This document shows, piece after piece, positions 14,696-29,235 of a stretch of DNA of 64,000 bases. The position numbers were made by a program, and so were the translations under genes. The notes under the pieces were generated by a model. It was not told the origin of the DNA. It was given only the letters and a program-made list of their open reading frames with translations, and made no database searches. The stretch is from Lytechinus pictus. Lineage: Eukaryota. Each line of letters starts with the position of its first letter. Positions within the stretch are counted from its first letter, which is position 1. The stretch spans positions 20,524,001-20,588,000 of the forward strand of contig NC_087245.1 in NCBI RefSeq assembly GCF_037042905.1. Reading direction: 5' to 3'.

Positions 14696-15791
14696 ATTAT
14701 TAAATTATAAATGCTTCTTTTTCTGTAAAATTTAATCTTAGCAGGATGCATACATGTATGTTGTTTACTTTTTGCTTAGATTTTTTTACGATTTGTGTAG
14801 TTCTTATGAAATGCGGCCTTACAAAATTGCATACATCATAATAATGTTGGTATTTATTGATGCAATAATATCTCAAAAGCATTTAGAGAGATAATGTTGA
14901 AAGAAGTGCATGTACTATATGAAAGCAGATTATCATTTATTTCTACAATTTTCTTACAGGTGTACATGGAGAGGATGTATTCATTTTCAATGCCACATGT
15001 ACCTAACTCCCTTTCCTATTGTAAACCTGACTGTGAAAGCATGCTTGTATACAATAAATTGAATCAAATTGAATTAGAAGCTACTCGTTAGGTGGACACC
15101 TCCAACAATTGAATTAAGCAATTTATCAATCGCAAAAGGGCAATCGTTTCACGCTGCACTCACCCTAAACAAACTTGACAAACAAGCACTCTGATTCAAT
15201 TGATACTACCCAGTAGAACGACCTTGGATTCTGCTCAATGATCTTCCGATTGACATAAAGCTCTTATAGTTTCGTCTTTCTGATATGTATCTCGAGATCG
15301 GCATCAAAGAAGACATGCTTCCACCCAATTAAACATCTTTAAGAAGAAATCATGCACATGGACAATTTAGGTTAACATGTGATCAATTTGATTCCTACAC
15401 ATAGCACATATTAAATGGCTAACACATTCCCTCATCCATGATTCCGTACAGATTTACACTAATTTACAGTACAGATTTACACATGGCCATTTACAATAAT
15501 TATCATTAAAAAAACACAGAAATTGAAAATTCCTTTAGATATTAATGGTAACAATTAGAAAACAATTTTTAAAAAGTTTGCATGATTGCCCTCTACATGA
15601 ACATGGGATTCTCTCAAATCTGGACATTACATATTTCTATTTGTATTCAGGGGGAGTGTAAAAGCATAATTCATGAGCAGGTGTACGTACAGGGTATTTG
15701 TGTTTAGGGTACATACTTTAGTAGATGGTTTTATGATTTCATTGTTTTTAAGCAACAACATCGGAAATTCTGCTCTAGTTTGCCTTTATAA

Positions 15792-16377
15792 AGGGATGGT
15801 CCGGGCTGAAAATATTTATATCTTAATACATAGAGTAGAATTCTCTGAGCAAAATGCAGAAAATCTCATCAAAATCGGATAACAAATAATAAAGTTATTG
15901 AAGTTTAAAGTTTAGCAATATTTTGTGAAAACAGTCATCATGAATATTCATTAGGTGGGCTGATGATGTCACATCCCCACTTTCCGTTTTCTTATGTTAT
16001 TACATAAAATCATTATTTTTTTCATTATTTCATACTTGTGTGAATAATATGTCTCCCTTATAATGAAATAAGTTGCAGCAATAAATATCTAATGAACTAA
16101 ATCAGTTGTCAATCCAATTTTTCTAGTTCTTTGAGGAAAAAAATTGAATAAACCTTATTTCATATAATAAAATACAAAAGAACAAGTGGGGATGTGACAT
16201 CATCAGCCCACCTAATGAATATTCATGACAACTGTTTAAAAAAAATATTGCTAAACTGTAAAATTCAATAACTTTGTTATTTGTTATCCGATTTTGATGA
16301 CATTTTCAGCATTTTGCTCAGTGAATTCTACTCTATTTATTATTAAGCTATAATTACTTTCAGCCCGGACCATCCCT
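15792..16377. mobile_element. Kolobok-type MITE of the same family as 6653-7214, opposite orientation
   Basis: ATAA|AGGGATGGTCCGGGCTGAAA...TTTCAGCCCGGACCATCCCT|TTAA; ~250-bp inverted arms. Confidence 0.88.
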
Positions 16378-19112
16378 TTAAGCTTCCATGACCACTTTAT
16401 ACCACTATTGACAATTATCAATAACCAACCTTTTGGGACTGAGCCTGCATCAGCCTATGTGTGCAGGCCTGATTTAGAGGTATATTTGTGATCAGGCAGA
16501 CATTTGCCTATTGATTTTTCTTTCTTCCACAGCATGCTTCACATTCACTTCAAACCTATCAAAGTGTTTTTCAAATTAAGCACTTTAAAAACAAACATCA
16601 CACTCCTTTCATTTTTTCCCCCATTTCATTTTCCTCCAATCAGTCAGCTTTGCCAAAGTGGCTTTTATCTGAAGAAGCCACTCCCGTGTAGAGGACTTCA
16701 TGCAATTTCTTCAAATAACAGCAGCTCTCCATTTTCACTTTTCTCACCATCTCAAGTCCTTCCATTTTACATGATCCCAATCTCAAAATGCCTCTTACTA
16801 CATGAAAGTGGTCTCCATAGACATTCAAGACACACCATTATCTTGCTATCTCTTACAGTCCTGCTCTGCCTCAACCCCTCACGTGCTTTCTTCCCTCAAA
16901 AACATGTAAAATTTTGAAGCATCATGATGTTGTGGTTCTACCTCTCATCTTTTCAATCAGAGGGTCATGGATTTAAATTCCACCCTCAAGCATTAATATC
17001 CATCAAGACGAAATCTTAATGATATATGTGAGCAAATATTATATATAATCATTATCACAGAGATTACTTCATTTTCTTTGATAAAAGTCATTTAAATTAA
17101 AAATAAAGAAACATGCTTATCATCGAAATACACCTGAATACAATTACCAATCACTTCTCTTCTCATATGTTATGTTATTATTTAGTTAATATGTGGGTAT
17201 ACATGGAAAAGTTCAAACCCTGATGGCAGAGACCTTGTTGTGTTCCTAGCTTAACTGGTTTTTATATTTACCTCCGTAAAATAGATAGAAACTTTTGATT
17301 AATCTCCATCCATTCCTGCATCTGCAAGAACCATCAACAGTGAAGAGGTAATTCATCCAAAAGAAAAGGAAAAAGGTCCTGGAGCAAAAATTATTATTGG
17401 ATATAGGCCTACTCATCATCCGTTTTATTTCTTTTCCATTCCTTGATTAAATTGTTTCACTTCATTACTTTCATTGCATTTTCACTAAGCCCCACTCCCT
17501 TATTCCTCTTCCTTTCACTCTTTCTCTCATAATTTTTCTCCTTTCTTCATCTTCCTCCCTCCACCCTACTAAATTCTCTTATCAAAAACATAAGTTTGCT
17601 TCTGAATTCCTCTCTGTTTTAATACACACCTCACATTCTTTCCCTTTTCTCCCTCCCCTAACCTCTCCAAATCAACACTTTCCTTTCTTCCCTGAATCCT
17701 ACCCCCCCTCTCCCTCCCTATTTCCCCCCCACCTCAATCAACCCTCCTATATTTGAAGAGCCATCTCTCTGCGCCCTCAATGCATCTTCAATGATGTAAA
17801 TGACCGGAGCATGAACCAATCAACTACCTGTAAACTTACAGCTTCCCTGAAGGCTCGCATCCTTAAAACCCTCTTTTCCTCATCCTCCACCTTTCTTGCC
17901 TCTCATCCAACATCATCTTCTTGTTCATGATCCTTCTAATGGACCTTTTTTTTTTCAAAATAAAAAAAAATTCTGCCATTTTTATGAAAATAGTTCTATA
18001 AAAATTGCATTCATAAGTTCTTGAACCAAAATAAAGAACTTCCTGTTCTTTTTTCCATTTGCTATCAGTTTTGTTTTTCTTGCTTCCTGCATCATCACTT
18101 TGCAATAGGCAAACATGAACACCATTTCTGAAAGCATTCATTTAGGCTTTTATGCAGTTTGAATTCTAGAGATAGTAGGTAAACTGATATTTTTTACATG
18201 TGGATTACAATAATAAGGTTAGATGCATAAGAGTATTCATAAGAAGTATAGAAGTACTCCTTTAAATTCCTGTGACAAACTTCATTTTCAACCAATCAAA
18301 TCTCATTATTTTTATTTAAGTAGCAACAAAGAGAAAACTGAATTACAATACTTTATATTATTTTTTTTCTTTTTACATATAAACAGACCCACGCGCACAA
18401 GACTCCAATCAAACCCAGACAGGAAACATTCCATCTCTAAAAATATTGAACTGCTGTGTGCAGTATAATCTAGCAAGTACACAGAGCTTTACTTCTTTCC
18501 CTCATCAGCATCTTTCATCCCTTTCTCCTCCTCCATCTTTTTAGGGGAGTGCGACTTAACACGCTGGTGTTCCCAGCATGACCTGTTTACAGGCAAACTT
18601 TACCACAGCGCCTACTCGCTAATGGGATGACAAATGGAAATCCTCCCAGAAAATGTCACCCAACAATGGTGGGCATCAGACACCGGAGCCCTTCTAAATC
18701 CCGGCTTTTCATGCCATACCGTTTCTGATCAAGCAGGGAGCTGCCAGCCATCCTCCAGAGAAAACCCTACCTACCTGAGGATCTGACGATAATTCTGCAG
18801 CAGCTTTAGCAAGAGGGAAACAGAAGGAGGTTTGGGAGATAGGGGCGTGGGGGAGGGGAGAGGGATCTGAGATTTGCTTTCATCAGTTATAGCAGGGACG
18901 TGAGAGGGTTCTAGTAAGATTCACGATCAGAAGTGAGTAACTAGAGCATGCAAAAAAAACAAAAAACAGACCTGATGCATCTTTCTTGGCTTTCTGTTGA
19001 GGATGGTATCCATTATGAGAGAACTTTAGCATTATATGTGCATACATGGTGTTACTGCAAAAAAGAAAAATAACTAATACATACATGTACAACCCGAGAC
19101 CCCCCCCCCCCT

Positions 19113-19817
19113 AAACAGTTATATGCACAACTCAGTGACATGCAAATGAGAGTCGATGATGTCCCTCACTCACTATTTCTTTTGTTTTTCATTGTTTGAA
19201 TTATACAATATTTACTTTTTTACAGACTTGACAATAAGGAACAACTTGACCGAACCAAATAAATCAATGCTAATTCTACTGTTCAGGGAGGAATTAATCT
19301 GTTTCACTTAACAATAAGGACCAATTGAAACTATCTTGGTGATCATGAATATTTCTAAACTTCATATGTATTCAATTGGGAGCCTGAAAATTATCATTTT
19401 GGTCATCTATATCATGTTTATTTACCATTTACATGGGAATGTATGTTATTTTGGAGAAATTAATCTGTTGCCATGGCAACGGCCGAAAATGGCATTTATA
19501 AATTTACCTCCCATCTTTAAAATAAATCTTATGGCATATACTAATACTTGTGAAAGTTTCATGCTTTAGTCAAAATTTGCACAATTGTTGTGATTTTTTG
19601 AGCTTATCCGCTCTACTAATAATAAAATACAAAAGAAATAGTGAGTGGATGACTTCATCAGTCTCCTCATTACATATCAACCAGGATGTGCATATGACTG
19701 TTTTGTGAAATTAAGTAAAATTTAAAATGTCATGACTTTCTTATTTTACATCCGATTTAATAAAATTTCCAGTGTTATTCAAATCAACTTTTTGTTGGGG
19801 TGGACTTGTCCTTTAAA
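19113..19817. mobile_element. Truncated Kolobok-type MITE with a nested fragment (~19335-19618) ending in a TAG-type (Academ-like) terminus
   Basis: Right end GGGGTGGACTTGTCCT|TTAA; similar to 63600-64000; the insert ends ...TATCCGCTCTACTA. Confidence 0.6.
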
Positions 19818-22800
19818 GAGGACATTAGATTTGAAATAAGCCAAAAAATTTGCGAGGGGAAAACATGGCATATGAGAGTATAATTTCTAAAAATTTGGAG
19901 AATAAATATTTTGGGTTTTTTAATGATATTCAACAAATGATATATTCTGTTCCTTTCTCTTTCTATTTGTTTTTCATCTCAAAACAAATTTGATACTTTT
20001 CAAATGTGCAGATTTATTTATTGGAAGTTCTGGCCTACATGTACTTCAAAGTAGGAAAATTGTCAAAAAAAGAAGACTATTGCCCAATGTCATGAACTCT
20101 ATCTGTCATTTATCAAAAGCGGTGGTACTGCCATGGCAATTTCTGAATATGCCTGAAACTGATCTCCTAATTCCTTGGGCAGAATAGCACAAATCTGGTA
20201 ATTTCATATAATGGCGCTGCAAAAATCCAATCTCATTTCAAGACTGCGGCAATGTATAATGTTCTATGGCCGCTGAAAATGAAAACCACCACAAATGCCC
20301 TCCTCCCCCCCCCCCTCCCGGGCCCAGCAAAAGAAAAAATAAACAGGAGCATAGAAAAAGTTGCCCATCCCCCCCAAAAAAAAAAGTCCAAAATAGCCCT
20401 TAAAAAGCAGCCTCTTTCAATTGCTCCAGGTTTCAATACAAAATGTTACTTGTTTATGTTTATAGGTATGGAAACTAACCTCTCATTTTAATTTCCCATT
20501 TTTTCATGATTAATCAGAATTTGGTACATGCAATGTATTTTGAACATGGTAAAATAAGAATGGACCTGAAATTGTGCACGTGTTAACATTTTTTTTTGGG
20601 GGGGGGAATGGGCGACTGCTTGTCACAAATATTTTCGGAATAAAATATAAATGAGTGATAGTGACATGATGCCATGTCGATTGATGCTCTATAAAAAGCA
20701 CAATTCATATGATTCATTATCATTTTCACTGATCGATTTCAAAGAAATCTTCAAGAAAGAGATGTCACGAGTTGAAAAGAATTACTTTGCCTCATAACTG
20801 AAGCTGGGATTCAAGCAGTAGAGAGGTTGGCAGTGCTCAAGATGAAGAAAGGAAGTGCTCAAAGATTGTAATTATGAACCAAAATAACTTCTATTTCACA
20901 GCAAAAATTAGATGGAGAATGTCAAGGGCAAAAATCATTTCACAAGGCCCAATCTTGATGAAAACAACAACCATTATCTGACACTTTTACCGATTCGCAC
21001 CTAGCAATGTGGAAAATTGTCAAATGCAGATTATCGATTGGTGTAAACAAAGTTCAAAGACACAGTATCTGGCCCCAATTTCTGCTGAATGTAGTTAAAC
21101 TAATAAAAGCGAATTTCCGAATATCAGATGACAATCCGTCAGGCTTTTCTCCTCGTCTGCGGTCACAAACATCATCTCAAAAGTTCGCTCGCACTTTGCT
21201 CCCTGTGTGACATTTTGAGGAGTGAAGGACCTGGGTAACGGTTGAAGAATGGACACATTAGGGAACGACGCCCACAGTTTGCTACCAGAATCCGTGGTTT
21301 GGGTGTATCACATTTCAACAGCACAATTATACTCTTTTCAGTCTTGGCTAGCTATGTCCTGAAAAAAAAAGGTCCTCTGCCTATATTAAATCATAGGTCC
21401 ATGATAAAAGTTTGAGGGATTCTAATGTTTCATGAATCAAATATGATTAAATTTATGAACCTTTTGTTCTAGTGTATGTATTCCTGATAAAAGCAAAAAT
21501 GCATACTACATGTAGTACATGTAAATTGCAAATCCTTGCTCAATTTCTTTCTCTTTTAAGCTGTGCATCATATCATATACCATTTTGAACATTAATATTT
21601 GAGAAAAGTTATTCACTTTAAATAAAGAGTTGATTTAATCTTTTTTTAATCCCACTCAAATTGTGAAGAAAAACAAAAGATGGATTTCATGCAAAGGCAT
21701 CAAAATGTGTGTTCCTTATTATAAACAATTCCTCAAAGATGAGCTCACAGACACACATGTAGAGCACCATTTGTTTTTCCATTTAAAATTGACATTACCT
21801 CTTTTTCTCACAAAAATTTGTCTCTTTCTTTCAAAATTTCAAGTCAGATATTTTGCCAGTTGATCTTTGGAATATTAGGAATGATACAGACTTACAGAGC
21901 AATTTTTTTTAAAGGAATATCCTGAAAATTGTGCAAGATTTGGTGTGCAGACATAAGGCCCCCTTCATAGTTATAATAGACCCTAGGCTAGCCCGATTTA
22001 ACCCAGGTAAAGGGCCCAACTTGGACAGGCCTGATAACTCAATTGCAAAAATCTTGTCATGAATATCATTCTGAAATTATTTTTCTAAAGTGTAGAGTAT
22101 ACACTGACTGATATACCGGTAAAAATACTGTACATGTACTAATGTGTAATCTCTCAGTTGAAGGAATGCACAGTTGCACACTGTACAGAGATGGGGTTTT
22201 TTAACAAATAAATGAATATATGAGTAAGTACACGTACATGTATAGGCCTACATTATTCTGGAAGTGTACATGTAATTCTCGGTTGTAATCTGTTTCAGGT
22301 ACTTGCAAATTATGTACACATGTAATGGGCCTTTTTAATCATATATGCCGAATTTTATTTAAGGGCCTGCACTTACATAATTTATAAGACACTGTACATG
22401 TAACTCCATTAAGTAGCTGCATGTCAGATCAGCCTACTCGTTCATTTTATACAGGGGTACAGTAAAATAACATACAAATAACAGCTCCAACATTTTCCAA
22501 TCTGATGCAAAGGTCAAGAATAACATACAGTATGCACATTTTGGATTAACTCAATGGATGGAACACACTTGTTTGTTTGCTACTACCCATCAGTTTTTCA
22601 AATGAATATCTGCCATCATGATATTTCATCTATTACTCCCGTCTATATGATGAGTAAGCATGCAGGCATCGGTCCTGTCTTAACATATTGCTGCGTAAGT
22701 GAAAAACATGTCAGAGAGGAAGAGATGAGCTGTGTGGAGAATCAGGTCTCCTTCAAACGTAATATATCCCAGTCAGGAGCAGCCACAGAAAATCCAATAT

Positions 22801-24766
22801 TTTCATATATTTATGCTAGTCTCTACACCAGACCCAGTACTGCTCTGCATTAAAGGAAAATGGTTTTTTAGATGTTGTGTTTGAGAGTGCTTTAACAAAT
22901 TCAAACAGTATATTTTTCTTTTTAAAATGCAAAGAAACAACTTGTAGGCATTATATTTACTTCAATACAACATGTACATGTAAAGCAGCTACACATACTT
23001 TACATGTTTCTTTCAGGTTTCATGACTGTAAAGATCTTTGCAGAATGTTATGCATTGCTTCTGATGCAAAATCAATGCTTAGAAGTACATACAGATTCTA
23101 ATGCATTTTAATACATGTCATGTAGACTATAGATCAATCTATCTATAAAACTATAAATATAAAAAAAAAACATTCCAAACTGAGTCAGCCTAAGCATGGG
23201 TCTACATGTACAATACTTGGCAAAGGTCATGAAGTTGTCTTGATAATGAGTTAGTTATATAACAAGTTTTAACAGGTTTATATATTCATTATGAATTGAT
23301 TAGTCACAGGTACATGTACATGTAATAACTGTCTGTGGTGAAAGTCATGAGGTATTGAACTTGTACACATTCAAAACCGGCATTGTACACCCAGGTCAGG
23401 ATTACAGGAAGGCTATTTAATACTTAAGTTTGATTTTTAAAGATAAATTAGAAGAAAAGCAAAACTTTGTACTGTGCTTGTAATTCTGCATTGTACATGT
23501 ACATGTACTTATATTTTTAATGAACAGAAACTTTTTATTTCTTATTCAAACATATCACAGGATATTTGATAACTTTTACTGTATGCATATTGGTCTGGAC
23601 AAAAACCATTATCTGCATGTACATGTAAATCTCATTTTTTCTTCAAAAGAAGAAACATGTACATGTATACAGTCCATAATCATTAAATGCACAAAAAAAT
23701 TTTAATGAATGCACACCACAAAAAGGTATGTACATCTTCTGCATCTCCTCACCTATTTGTACAGTACAGTAAAGGACTTGGTTTAAACAGAGTATTTGTA
23801 TCAGTTTTATTTTTTTTAATTCACAAATACCTGCATCAATTTACCAATGCTATGGATTAGAACTGTATCTCAACATATCATTACCCCCCCCCCCCCCATC
23901 TTGGAATGCTCAATTGCCTAGCGGCAACAAATATTTGCTGTCAACTTCATTGTGTGAATATTTGTTATTCAGCACTCTAATCACATCTTACTTGAATTTG
24001 CCAAGGGTTTGAGATCAAGGTTTGGGGTATCTTTGACTGGCTGATTGATCATTTCACAGCCCAGTTAAAACTGACTCTGCGTTCATTCAGCTCTTTTTAA
24101 GGCAAAATTTTTTTTAAAAGATGTTGAGTTTGATTTTGTTCAAGTGGTTTCACGTTGGTCGTAAAAATATGTCAATCTAAAATGCAAAAAATGAAAAGCT
24201 GAAAATTGTACATTTTGACATGCAATTATGCTGAAACGTGGTTGTTCTAAATCGCTTGAATGTACCAGGGGCACCAATCTTATATGAAAAACCTTCTTCA
24301 GAAATGGGAATGCATTGCATACATCCAAGTTGACTAAGACTTCCTGGGTCAAGCTCGGTTTGAAATGAGAATCGGTGTCAATTAAAATTTGTTTGAACAC
24401 TACCACGTTGTGACCGACCTTTGAGTTTTCATTTTGATTTGATTCACATTATAATTCTAGCTACATGTATAATAAAATTGACTGAATGGGTCGTGAATAA
24501 AGACTCTTGACTAAATATTTAACTGAATAACTTTCTTCTTGGGACCTCGAGAGAGATTTCATGTACATCGCCGGATTACGGGTTGTGTTACTAATATTCT
24601 CTTTCCAAATTACTGAGCAGAACAATGAATAAAGTGAATTTAAAAACTTATCACCCTGTAGACATCAGATTTTTTCCTATAAGTTAATTCTGAGAAATGG
24701 TTTTTCAGCAGAAATCCTGCAAACTTGTTTGCATGTAAATGTAGGCCAACATGCATACATGTACTG

Positions 24767-25820
24767 CAACCAAAAAATTACACGGGGGCGGCGGGCGAAT
24801 TCGCCCCGGAAAGTCCAAAAAGAGCCCCGGAAAAGGGCTAAAAACATTCACACGAGGGCGACTGCAAAACTCATAATCGCCCCCGTCAACACTGTATATT
24901 TCACAGTGGCAAATTGTCCATTGACTGTGTACAACGAATAGACCGTCTCGGCTCAGCGAATCGGAGACCGCTGATTGGCCAATCGCGCAGATCACGTCAT
25001 GACTACGTGGTCGCCAAAATAATTCCTTCGGACTGCGTGCGAAAGTATCGATAGCGATAACAATATCCGGTCACATTGTCAACGCGGGAAATGGTCTTGG
25101 TTCGTGATCGGATCGCTTCAGTATCGATCGAAAATTATCGAGACTCGGCAATTTCATGCATATTCACGCGACGCTCCGAAACCCGGAAATCAATTGACTT
25201 TGTACACGTTGCGATAGACTCTACAAACTCCAACGAACACGATGCTATATCAACGCTAATTCGTAAGATTTTGACCGAAAATCAAGAAGTAATCGAAATT
25301 CGCTTACCTGTTCGGTATCGGTGAGAAAATAGATCCTCCGAGAATACCTTTCATAATTCATATAAATTATAGGAAAGTGAAATTCTAGGTCGATTTTGGT
25401 ACGAGGTGATAGAGTATTGCACACTTGTTTTGGTGGAATACTGTGTGGGGCTATGGAAGGCTTGCACTGCGCATGCTTACTATATTTTCATTCATAAATT
25501 GGCTCTCGGCAGTGGCTGGATGACGTCATGTAATAAGCAAAATATACACGCCCGCTAGCGTTGAACGCACCGCATGTACAGTACATCTTGTTAAAGCAGA
25601 GCCTGCCCTGCACTGCTGACCAGCATCCCTTCAATGTGGCACACACACACACACCCTCACACACACACACACACACACGCAAAAAAGCCGCGAAATAGCT
25701 CCAGAAATTGTAGCCCTGGAAAGTGGAAAAAGAGCCCTGAAAAATGAAAAAGTAGCCCTGGAAAATTTTTAAGTTTCTCCAAAAAGAGCCCTGGAAAGAA
25801 AAAAAGTAATTTTTTGGTTG
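24767..25820. mobile_element. Non-autonomous DNA transposon with CA...TG ends and 8-bp TSD (hAT- or P-superfamily)
   Basis: ATGTACTG|CAACCAAAAAATTAC...GTAATTTTTTTGGTTG|ATGTACTG; subterminal (A)GCCC(C/T)GGAAA repeats at both ends; CpG-rich interior. Confidence 0.9.
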
Positions 25821-26035
25821 ATGTACTGATCATCACATCATTTCATCAAAGACAAGATAGGAAATGTGTAGAGGAACAGTGAAAGTTGTAATAGCTGTAC
25901 AGCTCTGGATTTTGTAAGACAATTTCACCACTAACATTGGATACAAAAGAAAGTTATTATCAGCCAGAATACCATATAAGTCTTTGTTGACCTGCCCCCC
26001 CCCACCCTCTTTAAAAAAAATCTGCTCCCCACATA

Positions 26036-26435
26036 AGGCGGTGCTGCACCATCCCGAGTTTGCTCAATCTCGAGATTTTAGCCCAATCGGCCCTCTTCGC
26101 GATTAATCTCGAGATTCAAGAAACCCCATCTCCACCATCGCAAGAAGAGCGATTCCTGCTCGAGCGAGGCATCAATGCATTATGGTCTGACGCCGTGAAT
26201 AAATAATTCTCAGTGCGTTTGCACCTGCGAATTAGCGCGATAATTCGCAAAATAGCACGCTATTTTGCAAATAATCCCAAGTTGACTTGGGATTGCAATC
26301 TCGAGATTAATCCTACGAACTAGCGCGATAATTGCGTCTCCATTGCAAATAATCTCGAGATTGATCAGATCGGGATAATTTGCCGGATCAGAAATAGCGC
26401 GCTAATTTGAAAACTCGGGATGGTGCAGACGGCCC
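26036..26435. mobile_element. MITE, probably PIF/Harbinger-like
   Basis: CTGCACCATCCCGAGTTT...AAACTCGGGATGGTGCAG inverted termini, GGCCC right end, repeated AATCTCGAGATT palindromes. Confidence 0.78.
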
Positions 26436-29016
26436 TATTGTGATATGATGCAAAGCCAGATTTTGATTAGCTGCTGAACCATTGTTGGTTTTACCACAAA
26501 GTTCTATATGAAACCAGGCCCCTGAAAAGACCAAAATATTGGCAATTTCTGTCATCATGAACTACCCCCTGCTATGATCCAGGCCAGGAGCTGTCTGCTT
26601 ATCACAGCAATAGCCCATCTGTTCTCAACTTTTTTGACAGTCTATTGCCACCACAAGTACAGCCTTGTGTACATGGTCATGCTACTAGTCTTCTTTACCT
26701 GACACAAATACATGAAATTTGAACAGCTTTTTAAGGCCTGAACATGATTCAAATCAATTTGGTAAAATTAAACAGGAGAAACAATGAACATTTCAATCAA
26801 AATATGAAAAGTGAGTAATTAAATTTTAAATTTATACAGGAGTTTAGTGAAACAGTTTAGTTTAGTTTACAAATTTTACAAAATACTAAATGGGTGAGAT
26901 AATCGTATCACATCTCTACAAATCTCCTTTTCAATTTTCTTGACAAGAAATCATTCTATTATTTCTTTTTTAATGACAAAAGTGTGTACTGTACACATGG
27001 AGTAATACACTCAAAATAAGTTACTGTACATCAATATGGATCTTGATTCTTAAACATTAAATGATCAGTAGACGATTTAAATAACATTTTGTGGTTTCTT
27101 TTTAATGATGAAGAATACAAAAGGAAAAGTGGGATTACATCATGAGGTGGCTCATCGCATGTACATGTATATGAAGACATGCTTACAATGTAAATCTAGG
27201 GGTAAGGTGGTCACCTTTTTAAATAGTTAAGATTCCCAAATGGATGCCCTACCAAATACTTGAATTTGAATAGGAAATTTCAACTTCAATAAAAACCAAA
27301 CTCTTTTCTACACCATACATGTACACAATCCCCAATACTGATGAATCACTGTAAAATCAGTGTTGGATCCCCTTTTCAAGATTACATGTACAAGCAAGTT
27401 TATAATGTAACTTTAGTTACCATATGATAAGTGTGAAAAATATTTGAACAAAGAAATCTGTAATGAATAAACCAAATACATTAATCACTATACTAATGAT
27501 AATTAATATTGAACTCTCACACAATATCTGAAAAAACCAAGTAATAAATGCGTAACAGTAATAGTTTTGCTCAAAAAGAAACAAATTTATACTTGTTCAA
27601 TGCACCCTTATTCTAATTCTGTATAATGAATGTGCTCAATTTTATATCAGTGTTGTTCATGTACATTTGCGATACCTGGTAGAATATTTAAAGAGATTTG
27701 CGTTTGTGTGTGGACTTTGCCTTGGCTGCCTTCAGTGTATCTACCCTGGATACTCGTTTATCATTGCAAACAATGATTTATTACCTGAATGGCCTTATCT
27801 GGAAAGTAAAATAGAGTCCTGGGAAAACAAGATTTTACTACTTTATTAGTCTAGTTAATCTACATTAAAAAGGAATAATAACAATACTAGTATTGTTGTC
27901 AGAGCCATTGTTGTCCACATTTTACTTTTTCATGTTCACATTTACTATTACCTTGTATGGGCTTGTATGCACCACTTTGTTTGAATTACCCAATAGATAT
28001 TTCATTTTGTATATTATTGATGATTTCTTTGTCTTCTTATTATTATCATTATTTTTTTTTTCTTCTTCTGTTTTTTTTCTTCTCCTTTTTCCCTTCTTTT
28101 TCTTCCTCTCCTCCCCTCCTGTCCACCTTTCTATGATTCCTTTGTAATATTTTATTGATGCTTTTTAATGTTACCGGTAACATATATTTTCATGCATATT
28201 GTCCATTAAACACTGGTTTTCAAATGTTTACTATGTCAACTGTATATTATGTTCCACATTGCCCAAATGGAAATCAGTCAGTGAACTGTTTGGGCTTTTT
28301 AACCGTGTATGAATAAAATCAATCTAATCTTATCTAATATACTCTTCAAAGGCAACACTTGTAATCTTCAGAAATTCAATTTAGGTGAATAAGCTAAAAA
28401 GCTCACTGGAAACAAAGGTATTCTTAATAACAAAAACATGAATTTACAAATTTTTGGGAAAGGGGTTTGGAAGACAGCAGCCAATCTTGCAACCACCCCC
28501 CCCCCCCCTCCATACATGTAAGTGGGATATTCAAGGAACATGGATGCAAATAAACAGGCTCTATACGGTCCGGGTGGGGGGGGGGAGCAGCCACAACCTC
28601 ACACTTACCTCCATGCCAAAACATGAACATAATATATCAAAGAAACATCTTAATAATGCCTCCTTTTCACTTCCCTTCTAGCACATATTTCATATTTTAG
28701 GACAGAGTCTCACACGCGAGATTCATAAATTCAATTCAAAGGGGTTGTGTCATAATTAGTGCCACAAGTGGTGAATGATATTCGATTGCATGGGTGATTA
28801 TTCAGTACTGCATCACTTTATTATGTTAAGGAAAACAAGACACAAGACTTCAAGTCAAATCCATATGATGAGTCAGGGTTTGCTAAATGATTTTAAGAGA
28901 GGGGTAAGTTGAATTACAATATAAAGAACTGTGTTCTAGTTGATTGATGACCTGCACTGCCATGAATTATATTTACTGTGTTTTTTTTAATTAGTTTAAA
29001 ATGAGCTTTAGAGGTG

Positions 29017-29235
29017 GAGGAGCCATGGTGTATTGGTTCTGACTCTCGCCTTGTATAAAACAGATGGTCGTGTGTTCGAATCCCATCGCGGTCTGGCATC
29101 CTTTGGCAAGGCGTTAATCCACCTTTGCCACTCTCGACCCAGGTGCTAAATGGGTACCCAGTAGGATACAAAAGTCATTGCAGCTTGTCCAGTACTGTGT
29201 GCGCCTCACCGGCGACTGACTGGAATACTCCCCAT
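29017..29235 (+). mobile_element. tRNA-derived SINE
   Basis: A box TGGTGTATTGG, B box GTTCGAATCCC, followed by a conserved body CTCTCGACCCAGGTGCTAAATGGGTACC. Decayed relatives at ~8010-8060 (+), ~16920-17020 (+), ~34530-34780 (-). Confidence 0.8.

Noticed and set aside
29017..29095. Functional tRNA gene
   Set aside because: No proper cloverleaf, and it is followed by a SINE body.
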